Source: an uncultured Acidobacteriota bacterium (GTDB lineage: Bacteria > Acidobacteriota > Vicinamibacteria > Marinacidobacterales > SMYC01). From it: DNA of 64,000 bases. Numbering within the stretch: position 1 is the stretch's first letter; each line of letters starts with the position of its first letter. Both the position numbers and the translations under genes were made by a program. The notes beneath the pieces are model-generated. The model ran no database searches, had not been told where the DNA came from, and saw only the letters and a program-made list of their open reading frames with translations. This document shows positions 54,158 through 63,116 of the stretch, piece by piece. The stretch lies in NCBI GenBank assembly GCA_964553925.1, contig CAZKNR010000128.1, positions 2,017 to 66,016 on the forward strand. The letters are read 5' to 3'.

Positions 54158-56071
54158 TTGATGCTGGCATCGTTGCTCCTGCTTCTGGCCGCGGCCTCGC
54201 CCGGCTACGTTGGGGCGAAGGCCTGCCTCGGCTGCCACGCCGACGTCTACACCCATTGGAACGCCTCCCGGCACAGCAAGATGGTGCGCCCGGCAAGCCC
54301 GGAGGGAGTACGCGGCGACTTCTCGGTGAAAGAGGCCACGCTTCGGGACGAAACCTACCGTTTCGAAGCAAGAGACGGTAAGTATTTCATCACCGAGTCC
54401 AAGCTCCTGGGAAAGAAGACCCGCCACCGCATTCTCTACACCCTCGGAAACCGCCGGATCCAGCATTACCTCACGAGGCTCGAGGATGGCCGGATCGTGG
54501 TCCTTCCGCCGTCCTGGGACGTGCTCCGCAAGGAGTGGTTCCACAACATGGAGATCGTGGGCCCGGACCCCGAGACCGGTGTCGCGGTCCAGGTCTGGAA
54601 CCTGAACTGCTTCGGCTGCCACGTCAGCCAGGAGGAGCGGAACTTCGACCTCGAGACCCGGACGTACGACACCGATTGGGTCGACTTCGGAACGAGCTGC
54701 GAGCGCTGCCACGGACCGGGGAGCGATCACGTGGATCTCTATACGAACCTTGAGGGCGCCAAGGCGGATACGGGAGACAGCGCCATCGTCGTCCAGACCC
54801 GGCTCGACCCCGCACGAAGCACCATGGTCTGCGGCCAGTGTCACTCGCTCCGGGACGCGATCTCGCTCGACTTCGTCGCCGGAGCGAATTACTACGACTT
54901 CTTCTTCCCGCAGCTCGAGTACGGTCTGCCGCAGGACCACGACCCCGCCTGGTACCTCGACGGTTCGACACGGCGCTTTTCCAACGACACGCTCGGTCTG
55001 TGGCTCAGCCGCTGCTTTCTCGAGGGCGGGGTCACCTGCGTCGATTGCCACACCGACCCCCACGACACCGAGATCGAGAAGAACGCAGGGATCCGGCCCG
55101 CGGCAAGCGCCATTTGTACGCGTTGCCACGAGGCGATCGGAAACGATGTCGCCGCGCACAGCCGCCACCCGGAGGCGAGCGCGGGAAGCTCCTGCGTCGA
55201 GTGCCACATGCCGCGAAGCGTCGTCAGCATCAAGGCAAAGATCCGCGATCATGGAATCAGCCTTCCCGCCCCCGAGAACACCGAGCGCCACGGAATCCCG
55301 AACGCCTGCAACAACTGCCACGAGGACCGGACGCCCTCCTGGGCGGCGGCGACGCTCGATACCTGGTTCCCCGGAAGCCGCACCCGCCGCCAGAAGCTCC
55401 TGGATCGAGCGGACACTTTCAGTCGGGCAAAAGCGGGAAACGATCCGGAGGTCGTTGCTCAGCTCGTGGCGCTCGCAGCGAACGAGTCGGAGCCTCCGCT
55501 CATTCGGGCGAACGCAGTCGGCTATCTTGGAAGCTTTCCGTCGGATCCCAGAGTCCAGCCGGCGCTCTTACGGGCGTTCGGCTCGAACGAGCCCGTCATC
55601 CGCGCCATCGCCATGCCCCAGATCGGAAAACTCAAGCCCTCGCGGGTCGAGAGCGTTACCCCGTTCCTGGTAAGGGCCCTCGACGATGAAATGGCGACCG
55701 TTCGCATGGGCGCCGCGTTCGCTCTCATGAGTCTCGGAGTCCAGACCCTCGAAGGAGAGGCGAACCTGAAATTCGACGCCGCGAAAAAGATCTACGCCGA
55801 GCGCGCCGCGACGTCTCCCGATCACGCCCCGACGCAGCTCGCCCTCGGAAAGTTCCACGTACTGAACCACGATCTCGCTTCCGCCGCGGCGGCCTTCGCG
55901 GCGAGTCTGAAACTCGACCCCGGTCAGAAGGACGCAATGTACTACCAAGCGATCGCCCGCCTGGGGGAGGGCCGAGTCGAGGAAGCGCGGCGGCTTCTCG
56001 AAGCGGTGGACGAGAAGAGCGACTTCCACCAGGCCGCCCGCGCCCTCCTCGCTACCTTGCCGAAGCGGTAG
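54158..56071 (+). CDS. Octaheme c-type cytochrome fused to C-terminal HEAT-like and TPR repeats
   Basis: Signal peptide. Eight CxxCH motifs: CLGCH, CFGCH, CERCH, CGQCH, CVDCH, CTRCH, CVECH, CNNCH. Then IRANAVGYLG / VIRAIAM / TVRMGAAFAL HEAT-like repeats and TPR. Confidence 0.8.
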   Translation: MMLASLLLLLAAASPGYVGAKACLGCHADVYTHWNASRHSKMVRPASPEGVRGDFSVKEATLRDETYRFEARDGKYFITESKLLGKKTRHRILYTLGNRRIQHYLTRLEDGRIVVLPPSWDVLRKEWFHNMEIVGPDPETGVAVQVWNLNCFGCHVSQEERNFDLETRTYDTDWVDFGTSCERCHGPGSDHVDLYTNLEGAKADTGDSAIVVQTRLDPARSTMVCGQCHSLRDAISLDFVAGANYYDFFFPQLEYGLPQDHDPAWYLDGSTRRFSNDTLGLWLSRCFLEGGVTCVDCHTDPHDTEIEKNAGIRPAASAICTRCHEAIGNDVAAHSRHPEASAGSSCVECHMPRSVVSIKAKIRDHGISLPAPENTERHGIPNACNNCHEDRTPSWAAATLDTWFPGSRTRRQKLLDRADTFSRAKAGNDPEVVAQLVALAANESEPPLIRANAVGYLGSFPSDPRVQPALLRAFGSNEPVIRAIAMPQIGKLKPSRVESVTPFLVRALDDEMATVRMGAAFALMSLGVQTLEGEANLKFDAAKKIYAERAATSPDHAPTQLALGKFHVLNHDLASAAAAFAASLKLDPGQKDAMYYQAIARLGEGRVEEARRLLEAVDEKSDFHQAARALLATLPKR

Positions 56072-56361
56072 GAATGAGCAAGACAAAGTACATCCAAAGT
56101 CTCGCGAACTGATGTCCGACGCGTCCGATTTATCCGAGGTGCCAGAAATTACGACGGAGCAACTTGCCGGTGCGCGAGTGCGACTCGATCTAAAAGACGT
56201 GCCCCAAGGGAAGACCCGCGTCACGTCCGACCTGACACGACCTCATAGGTGAAGCCTTCCCGAGCCGACTCCTCATCCACGAAGACTCTCTTGACGGGAT
56301 CTTCGGTGGTCTGGACGGAGATCCGTCTTGGCGAAGGGGAAAGCGTATGAGGAGCGAAATT

Positions 56362-58257
56362 CTAGGGCTCCCGGATCTCCACCAGGCGGTTGGTCTCGAT
56401 CGGCCCCGTAAGTTTCTGTTCCTTGCCCGAGGGCCATAGCACGTCGATGCTTTCGACCGCTCCCGCGTCACCGAGTCCGAAGTAGAGCGGGAGATCGCTC
56501 TGGGAGAGATACCCGGACTTGCCATCATTCACCCGGGTATAGCTGGCGCCGGAGGCGCTGACCACCACTCGCGCGCCGATAGCGGAGCGGTTCGAGACCC
56601 GGCCCACGAGCTTCACCTTCAGGAACCGGATGGCTTTTCTCTCACTCAGGTCGCTCATCAGAACCATGGGGCCGTCGTTGAACTCGTTGGTCACGACGTC
56701 GAGGTCTCCGTCGTCGTCAAGATCGAAGATCGCCGACGACCGGCTCGCGAGGGAGCCCCAGACTTCGACCTTGCCCGTCAGACCGTTGGCTTTGACCAGG
56801 GGGTGCTCCTTGTTCTCTCCCGACGCATCCAGGAGAAAAGCCAGGCCCGCGGTGCGCCCTCCCCTCCTTGGCTCGACGCCCAGGATGAACTCGCTGTCGC
56901 GGAACTTCGCTCCGCGGTCGTTCAGCAACAGGGTGTTGATGCCGTAGCGAAAGGGAAAGTTCATCCCCGACGTGATGAAGACGTCCTCGAAGCCATCGGC
57001 GTTCAAGTCGCCGACACTGAAGCCCCACGGCCACCAGTTCTCGACGCCGAGAGCGTCCGATATCTCGGTCAGCTTTCCCCCTCCATCGTTGCGGTAGAAC
57101 GCGTTTCCGTAAATGGCGTTGCCCCCGCTTCGGAGGAACCGCTCATCCCAGGGCATCCTCGATTTGAGCTTCTCGCGCTCAGGACCCACCTCTTCGCTCA
57201 TATCGGAGTGCATGTCGGTGACCATCACGTCCATGTCGCCATCGTTGTCGAAATCGAAAGCACCGATACCCATGGAGCCCCATGGGGTCCTGGGGAACAT
57301 CGCCCGGGTCTTTCTCGAGAAGCGCGTCCCCCCCGCGTTCTCGTAATACTGATCGTGTCCCTGCATGTTCAAGACGTAGAGGTCGGGAAAGCCGTCTTGG
57401 TTCAGGTCCATGGGGCTCGCGTCTCCGGTCCAGGCGTCGTCTACGAGCCCCGCTTCCTCCGTGACGTCTTGGAAACGGCGACCGCCGAGGTTCCGATAAA
57501 GGATGCTGCGCTCGGTGCGCTCCGGCTTCAGGTGACCCCCGAAGGCGTCGAGCACCCCGACGTAGTAGCCGCCGGGGCCCAATTGGTCCGTGGTATAGAC
57601 ACCGACGTTGCAGAGGTAGAGATCGAGGAGACCGTCGCGGTCGTAATCGAAGAACACCGAGGCCGAAGAGTGGCCGGAGTAATCGCTTCCCGAGGCTTTG
57701 GAGATATCGCGAAACCGGCCGGTTCCGTCGTTCTCGAAGAGGGCGTTTCCGTATCGGACCGTGGTCACGTAGAGATCAGGATCGCCGTCGTTGTCGACGT
57801 CGCCGAACGAAGCCGCGACCGGGATGCGGCCGGGGAGAGCCACGCCCGCCCGTTCAGTGACGTCCTCGAATCGTCCTTGACCGAGGTTGCGCCAGAGAGC
57901 GTTCGGCCCCGTCTGGTTGGTGAAGTAGAGGTCGAGCTTTCCGTCCGAATCCACGTCGGCGACGGCGATTCCGTTTCCGTGGTCGTAGTGGACGGCCTTG
58001 TGATGGACCCCCGAGTCTTCCGTCATCTGGTTCCGGAAGGTGATCCCGCTTTCCTCGACGAGGTCGCGGAACCGGAAGTCGTGAAACACTCCGATCTCTC
58101 CTGCGGATTTGAGTTGCTCTTCCCTCCTGCTTTCGAGCCAGGGCGGCTGGTCGACGCCCTCGGGGAAATAGATTCGTTTCGTCTCCGGTGTCTGCACGGC
58201 GCTCCAAAGGATCGCTCCCATGGCGAAGGCTCTCAGATGCATTTGGTCCTCCTTCAT
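56362..58257 (-). CDS. CRTAC1-family protein (FG-GAP/VCBS repeats plus C-terminal ASPIC/UnbV domain), copy 1
   Basis: Repeated DxDxDGxxD..Y..N...N.L..N.G.G.F.DV motifs. C-terminal GARVVVSASG...GKSGYLSQSDLPLYFGLG. 4-nt overlap with the upstream sulfatase-TPR gene. Confidence 0.8.
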   Translation of the reverse strand: MKEDQMHLRAFAMGAILWSAVQTPETKRIYFPEGVDQPPWLESRREEQLKSAGEIGVFHDFRFRDLVEESGITFRNQMTEDSGVHHKAVHYDHGNGIAVADVDSDGKLDLYFTNQTGPNALWRNLGQGRFEDVTERAGVALPGRIPVAASFGDVDNDGDPDLYVTTVRYGNALFENDGTGRFRDISKASGSDYSGHSSASVFFDYDRDGLLDLYLCNVGVYTTDQLGPGGYYVGVLDAFGGHLKPERTERSILYRNLGGRRFQDVTEEAGLVDDAWTGDASPMDLNQDGFPDLYVLNMQGHDQYYENAGGTRFSRKTRAMFPRTPWGSMGIGAFDFDNDGDMDVMVTDMHSDMSEEVGPEREKLKSRMPWDERFLRSGGNAIYGNAFYRNDGGGKLTEISDALGVENWWPWGFSVGDLNADGFEDVFITSGMNFPFRYGINTLLLNDRGAKFRDSEFILGVEPRRGGRTAGLAFLLDASGENKEHPLVKANGLTGKVEVWGSLASRSSAIFDLDDDGDLDVVTNEFNDGPMVLMSDLSERKAIRFLKVKLVGRVSNRSAIGARVVVSASGASYTRVNDGKSGYLSQSDLPLYFGLGDAGAVESIDVLWPSGKEQKLTGPIETNRLVEIREP

Positions 58258-60419
58258 TCGCCGAAAGCCTGCAGCATGGCTCGGGCCTTTTCGATGTCGG
58301 CCCGGTATCGCTGAGGCGGAGCTTCTCGGGCGAATCGCTCGAGGTAGGGAACCGCTTCCCGGGGAGAGGCGTCCGCGAGAGCCAGGGCCAGGTTGAAGAG
58401 CGCGTCGAACTGCCCGGGATCGCTCTCGACGGCGCGGCGCCAGAACTCGATGGCCTTCGGCATCTCCCCGCGCCGGGCGTGGGCGAATCCGAGACCGTTC
58501 AGCGCTGTCGCGGCGGCAGGGTCGATTTCGAGCGCCCGATTCAGATGGCCGACCGCTTCCTCGATCTTCCCTTGAGACAATGCGAGAGAGCCGAGATTGT
58601 TGTAGGCGGACGCCGAGCTTGGGTCGAGCTCCAGGACGCGTTCGAGCTCGTTGCGGGCATCGGCGAAACGACCGAGACGCCCATAGGCGATTCCGAGGTA
58701 GTTGTGCCCCTCGGCATAGTCAGGCTCGCGTTGGACCAGAGCCTCCAGGAGGCCCACCGCTTTTTCGAGCTCGCCGACGTCGAGGAGATAGGCGCCCAGC
58801 AGCCCGAGGAGTGCTGTATCCGAGAGGCCGCTCCGAACCGCGCCCTCGAGAATCGCCACCGCCTCTGCGATCCGGCCAGTTTGGTGCAGAGCGTAGGCGA
58901 GGCTCTGGTGAGCTTCGGAAGAGCGCGGCTGTCTTCCGACGATACCCTCGAAGATCGCGATCGCCTCCTCGGTCTGTCCTTCGCCGAAAAGCTCGCTGGC
59001 CTCGTTGTAGGCGTTGCTGATGTCGATGAGCCTCTTGGGGTCGTCGGCCTCGGTGTACTCACCCTTCCTGTTCTGGACGGGGGCCGTCAGATATCCCAGG
59101 GCGCGGAGCTTCGTAAGCGTCTCTCGATCGGGAGGCGCAACCGAAACCACCTCGCTTCCGGCCGAGATCCCGTCGAGAGTTTCCGAAAGCCGGCGGACGA
59201 GCCCCGTCTTCTGGTGATAGAGGTTCTCCTTCTCGTTCGGGTCCGAACCGAGGTCGTAGAGCTCCGGTGTGGGGAGGCGGATGAGCTTTTGGCCGTCCTC
59301 AACGACACCGGTGAGAGGCGCCCAGTCCTGGGTCAGGTGGGGGTTGAGCGCTTCGAAGTAGGAGGCCGGCGCTTCGTATCGAATCTCTCCCGTCAGGTAG
59401 GGCCGGAGACTCTGTCCCACGATGCGCTCCGGAGCTGGAACCGAAAGCAGGTCGAGGAGAGTGGGCAACACGTCGATATGCCGCACTGCCTCGGAGAAGA
59501 CCTGCGGTCGAAGTCCTTTGGCCCAGAGGATCCAGGGAACCCGGAGGGTCGATTCGTAGGCGAACGTCCCATGGGTCCTCTCGCCGTGCTCGCCCAGGGA
59601 TTCGCCGTGATCTCCGACGACGACGAGGACGGTTCCATCGAGACGACCCGAAGCCGATAGGCGCTCGAGGAACGTTCCCAGAGTGGTGTCGACAAAGGCG
59701 ACCTCCGCGCCGTAGAGATCGTTCGGGAACTTTCGCGCGAGCTCGGGAGGCGGGCGGTACGGGGCATGGGCGTCGTACAGATGCATCCAGGCGAACCATG
59801 GCGCTCGGGCTTCTCCAATCCATCGCTCCGCCGAGGAGACGACCGCGTCGGCGGGGCGCTCCAGCTGGGCGAAGCTGAGGAAACCCCGCTTCTCACCATA
59901 GTAGTCGTCATAGACGTCGAACCCCCGGTTCAACCCGAAGCGGGCGTCGAGGACGTATGCGCCAACGAATGCACCGGTCTGGTACCCCGCGTCTTGCAGC
60001 GTCGTCGCGAGCGTCGGAAGGGACTCGCTCACCCGAAACGTGCCGTTGTCGTGGACTCCGTGCTCGGTGGGATAGAGCGACGTAAAGAGGGAAGTGTGCG
60101 CGGGAAGAGTCAGCGGCGCGTGGGCGAGGACGCGTTCGAAGCGAACGCCCTCGCTCGCCAGCCGGTCCAAATGCGGAGTGAGACCCGCCTTCGACCCGTA
60201 GCTCCCGAGCCGGTCGGGCCTCAGCGTGTCGATGGTGACGAAAAGCAGGTTCCGCCCCTCGAAGGCGCCGTGCGCCACCGACTGGCGCGGCGGCGAGAGC
60301 CAGAGCCCAACCGCCGCGACCACGGCGGCAACCGCGAGACCCGCGAGCGCGAGTCCGGTTCTCGAAGAGAGCCGCACGGAGGGACTCGTTTTCTCGGATC
60401 GATTGCCTCGCCGGCTCAT
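58254..60419 (-). CDS. Sulfatase-like enzyme fused to C-terminal TPR repeats (paralog 2)
   Basis: TM anchor, LLFVTIDTLRPDRLGSYG, APLTLPAHTSLFTS, VVGDHGESLGEHGE, long TPR tail ending YLERFAREAPPQRY... Start moved to ATG 60419. Confidence 0.8.
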   Translation of the reverse strand: MSRRGNRSEKTSPSVRLSSRTGLALAGLAVAAVVAAVGLWLSPPRQSVAHGAFEGRNLLFVTIDTLRPDRLGSYGSKAGLTPHLDRLASEGVRFERVLAHAPLTLPAHTSLFTSLYPTEHGVHDNGTFRVSESLPTLATTLQDAGYQTGAFVGAYVLDARFGLNRGFDVYDDYYGEKRGFLSFAQLERPADAVVSSAERWIGEARAPWFAWMHLYDAHAPYRPPPELARKFPNDLYGAEVAFVDTTLGTFLERLSASGRLDGTVLVVVGDHGESLGEHGERTHGTFAYESTLRVPWILWAKGLRPQVFSEAVRHIDVLPTLLDLLSVPAPERIVGQSLRPYLTGEIRYEAPASYFEALNPHLTQDWAPLTGVVEDGQKLIRLPTPELYDLGSDPNEKENLYHQKTGLVRRLSETLDGISAGSEVVSVAPPDRETLTKLRALGYLTAPVQNRKGEYTEADDPKRLIDISNAYNEASELFGEGQTEEAIAIFEGIVGRQPRSSEAHQSLAYALHQTGRIAEAVAILEGAVRSGLSDTALLGLLGAYLLDVGELEKAVGLLEALVQREPDYAEGHNYLGIAYGRLGRFADARNELERVLELDPSSASAYNNLGSLALSQGKIEEAVGHLNRALEIDPAAATALNGLGFAHARRGEMPKAIEFWRRAVESDPGQFDALFNLALALADASPREAVPYLERFAREAPPQRYRADIEKARAMLQAFGE

Positions 60420-60420
60420 C

Positions 60421-60537
60421 TCTCGCGCACGAGTATAGTATCGGCTGTGGTTCTGTGCCGAACCGTCGTCCTGACGGGTCTCTCCGCCCCGCGCGTCGGT
60501 ACTTTCCGAGCCGAAGCGCCTCCAGAACGAGGGTGAC
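60421..60537. repeat. Direct repeat DR-L: degenerate copy of the promoter and first ~30 codons of the TPR gene
   Basis: Aligns to 61811-61930. The first 21 nt (TCTCGCGCAcGAGTATAGTAT) differ at one position. The rest is roughly three-quarters identical by eye, with small indels. Translation VVLCRTVVLTGLSAPRVGTFRAEAPPERG* compares with (V)LLCRTLVLMALFRLAQSELSEAKRLQSEGDY. Confidence 0.75.
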
Positions 60538-60715
60538 TTTGAGACACGCTCATGACCCGCGCCAGACCCCCCGCCGTTTCGTGAACGCGGCCGCACAGGC
60601 TCGTCTTCATAATCTCGAAACCGCCGTACGTACCGACTCGGATCCCCGCGAGGCCTACAACGACATACCTGGCCAAGATCCCCAACTCAGGTAAGCACCC
60701 CCAATCCGGAGGAGG

Positions 60716-60745
60716 TTGACATTTGGTTGCAGGGGAAGCTAAAGT
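60716..60745 (+). promoter_or_regulatory. Sigma70-like promoter (TTGACA-N18-TAAAGT) for the Xre-RES operon
   Basis: Seen directly, about 30 nt upstream of ATG 60775, which has a GAGGAGGA SD. Confidence 0.45.
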
Positions 60746-60774
60746 CGGAGCAGAACCCTCGAGGAGGAATCTCG

Positions 60775-61224
60775 ATGAGAACGATCGCCGAGCTCGTTCG
60801 GCTGGACCCGATTGAGGCTGCCGAGAAAGTCCTCGAAGCCCATCGAGAGCGGACGGAGTGGCTCGACGAGTTCGCCGAAGCCCTCGATCGGCGGCGTTCC
60901 GGACGGACGCTCCACCGCATACTAGCCGTGTGGGGTCTGAACCAATCGGAAGCGGCGGGTCTATTCGGCGTGGCGCGCCAGGCCGTCAGCAAGTGGCTGG
61001 ATCGAGGCGTTCCCGCGGAGCGAGCCGAAGCCATCGCGGAGCTGGCCGCCGCTACGGACCTCTTGGTCCGGCACGTCAAGCGCGACCGGATCCCGGCTGT
61101 CGTGCGCAGGCCCGCTGCGGCTCTCGGTGGGAAGTCCCTCGTCGAGCTCGTCTCCGCCTCCCGTCCCCATGACGTGCTCGAGGCCTGCCGGTCGATGTTC
61201 GACTTCGAACGAGCGCAAGCCTAG
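60775..61224 (+). CDS. Antitoxin, Xre/MbcA/ParS-like (HTH plus DUF2384 toxin-binding domain)
   Basis: LNQSEAAGLFGVARQAVSKWLDRG HTH. C-terminal RIPAVVRRPAAALGGKSLVELV...VLEACRSMF is DUF2384-like. Immediately upstream of the RES gene. Confidence 0.75.
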   Translation: MRTIAELVRLDPIEAAEKVLEAHRERTEWLDEFAEALDRRRSGRTLHRILAVWGLNQSEAAGLFGVARQAVSKWLDRGVPAERAEAIAELAAATDLLVRHVKRDRIPAVVRRPAAALGGKSLVELVSASRPHDVLEACRSMFDFERAQA

Positions 61225-61250
61225 ATTCAGCTGCCAAGATTCCCCGAAAC

Positions 61251-61796
61251 GTGCGGACGGAGACGCTACCCCATCGACACGAGTGGTGGCGCATCGCGAA
61301 CCCTGCGTGGGATAACCCGCTCGACCCCAGCTATGCGCAGGCGCGTGGCGGTCGCTGGAACCCACCCGGCAGCTTCCCGACACTCTACTTCAACCAAGAC
61401 ATCGTGACCGCTCGCCTCAATCTCCGAACGTTCATTGCAGGGTGGCCCTACGAACCGGAAGATCTCCGAGACGAGACCGGCCCCCTGCTCGTCGGCGCAT
61501 ACCTACCCCGAAACCAGCGAGTTGTTGACGTGCACTCACGAGAGGGCGTTGCCGCCGTGAACCTTCCCGCGTCCTACCCTCTGAACGCCACTGAGGGGCG
61601 GGGCGAGCTCGTGCCTCATTCCAAGTGTCAGCCCATCGGTCAGCAGGCGAAGGAACGCGGACTTCGGGGCGTTCGCTGCCGCTCGTCCCGGGTACGGGAT
61701 GGCGCCGGTCGAGAGCTGGCATGGTTTCCGGCGACGGCGAGGAGTCGGGCACGGCAAAGAACCGCGCTTCGTTTCGAACGATGGTTCTGGGGCTAA
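61251..61796 (+). CDS. RES-domain toxin (MbcT/ParT-like NAD+-targeting family)
   Basis: WRIANPAW..., ARGGRWNPPGSFPTLYF (R), ...E..., GVRCRSSRV (S). GTG start 26 nt after the antitoxin stop. Confidence 0.8.
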   Translation: MRTETLPHRHEWWRIANPAWDNPLDPSYAQARGGRWNPPGSFPTLYFNQDIVTARLNLRTFIAGWPYEPEDLRDETGPLLVGAYLPRNQRVVDVHSREGVAAVNLPASYPLNATEGRGELVPHSKCQPIGQQAKERGLRGVRCRSSRVRDGAGRELAWFPATARSRARQRTALRFERWFWG

Positions 61797-61810
61797 CAGG
61801 TGAGAGAGCC

Positions 61811-61930
61811 TCTCGCGCATGAGTATAGTATTGACTCGTGCTCTTGTGCCGAACCCTCGTTTTGATGGCACTGTTCCGCCTCGCGCAGTCCGAGCTCTCC
61901 GAGGCGAAGCGACTCCAGAGCGAAGGTGAC
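61811..61930. repeat. Direct repeat DR-R: functional promoter and 5' end of the TPR gene
   Basis: See DR-L. Begins 14 nt after the RES stop. TATAGT (61824-61829) lies 8 nt before GTG 61838. Confidence 0.75.
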
Positions 61931-63112
61931 TATCCGCAGGCGATCGCTCTTTTGGAGAGCTACCTCCGGGAGGAGCCTGATGACTCCGAAGGAGGAACGC
62001 TCCTCGCGTGGCTCTACGTCCAAACGGGAAGGCAAGATCGGGCTATCGAGACCTACCGAAGCCTCGTGAGTCGTCATCCTGACGAGGCCGACCTCCACAA
62101 CAGCCTCGGCGCACTCCTGTTCAAGAAGCGCGCGCTCGGGGAAGCGGAACACGAGCTCGAGACCGCCGTCACCCTCGACCCCTCGTTGGTAATGGCCCAC
62201 TACAACCTCGGCCTTCTGAGGTTCGAGCAAGGCGAGCTCGAAGGCGCCGCGCGGTCTTTCGAGCGCGCCCTCTCGCTCGATCCGAATAAAGCCCATTATC
62301 ATTTCAGCCTCGCGCGAGCGTACCGGGCGTCGTTCGAGTTTGGGAAAGCGGCGGCTGCGTTCCATGCGGGTCTCGCGCTTTCCCCTCCGCCCGACGTCGC
62401 CCGTCCCGCTCGTCTCGAGCTGGCCTTGACGCTGAAGCACGACGGCCGGCTCAACGATTCGGAAACGGAGCTCCGAAACCTCGTTGCCGCCGACGCTGCC
62501 GACGGCGAGGCGCTCTTCCAGCTCGGGCGGCTCTACCTCGCCATGAACCGGTATCCGGAGGCGGAAGGGGTGTTTCGACGGTTGACCGACGTGAGCCCCG
62601 GCTACGCCCCGGCCCATTTCATGCTCGGGTTCGTTTCGTACCGGGAGGACGATCCCGAGAAGGCGCTCGCCTCGTTCCGAAAGCTCCTCGAGCTCACGCC
62701 CGACCACGCCGAGGGACGCTACTACCTCGGGATGAGCCTCCAGAAGCTCGGGGATCGCGAAGGAGCGCGGGAGGCCTTCGAGGAGACCCTTCGCATCGAT
62801 CCGGAGCACGTGAGCGCAAGCTACAACCTCGGGCTACTACTCGCCAGGGAAGGCGAGCGCGAGGAATCCCGGAGGAGAATCGAGGCGTTTCGCGAGCTCG
62901 GCGAGCGAAAGGAGCGACTTGCCGCGCTCGAAGAGCGAGTCCGCTGGGATCCAGGAAACGCGAAGTTCTATTTCGACGTGGGCCAGGAGTACTCGCGGCA
63001 GAAGAGGACGAAAGAGGCTCTCCAGGCGTTTCAGCGAGCCCTCGAGATTGAGCCGGATCTGGCCGCCGCGGAGGTCGCGATCGCCGAGCTCCTCGCGAGC
63101 CGAGCCCCGTAG
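61838..63112 (+). CDS. TPR-repeat protein
   Basis: Signal/anchor-like N-terminus, then about 10 TPR units (e.g. AHYNLGLLRFEQGELEGAARSFERALSLDP). Followed 4 nt later by a CRTAC1-like gene. Confidence 0.75.
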   Translation: MLLCRTLVLMALFRLAQSELSEAKRLQSEGDYPQAIALLESYLREEPDDSEGGTLLAWLYVQTGRQDRAIETYRSLVSRHPDEADLHNSLGALLFKKRALGEAEHELETAVTLDPSLVMAHYNLGLLRFEQGELEGAARSFERALSLDPNKAHYHFSLARAYRASFEFGKAAAAFHAGLALSPPPDVARPARLELALTLKHDGRLNDSETELRNLVAADAADGEALFQLGRLYLAMNRYPEAEGVFRRLTDVSPGYAPAHFMLGFVSYREDDPEKALASFRKLLELTPDHAEGRYYLGMSLQKLGDREGAREAFEETLRIDPEHVSASYNLGLLLAREGEREESRRRIEAFRELGERKERLAALEERVRWDPGNAKFYFDVGQEYSRQKRTKEALQAFQRALEIEPDLAAAEVAIAELLASRAP

Positions 63113-63116
63113 CTCG

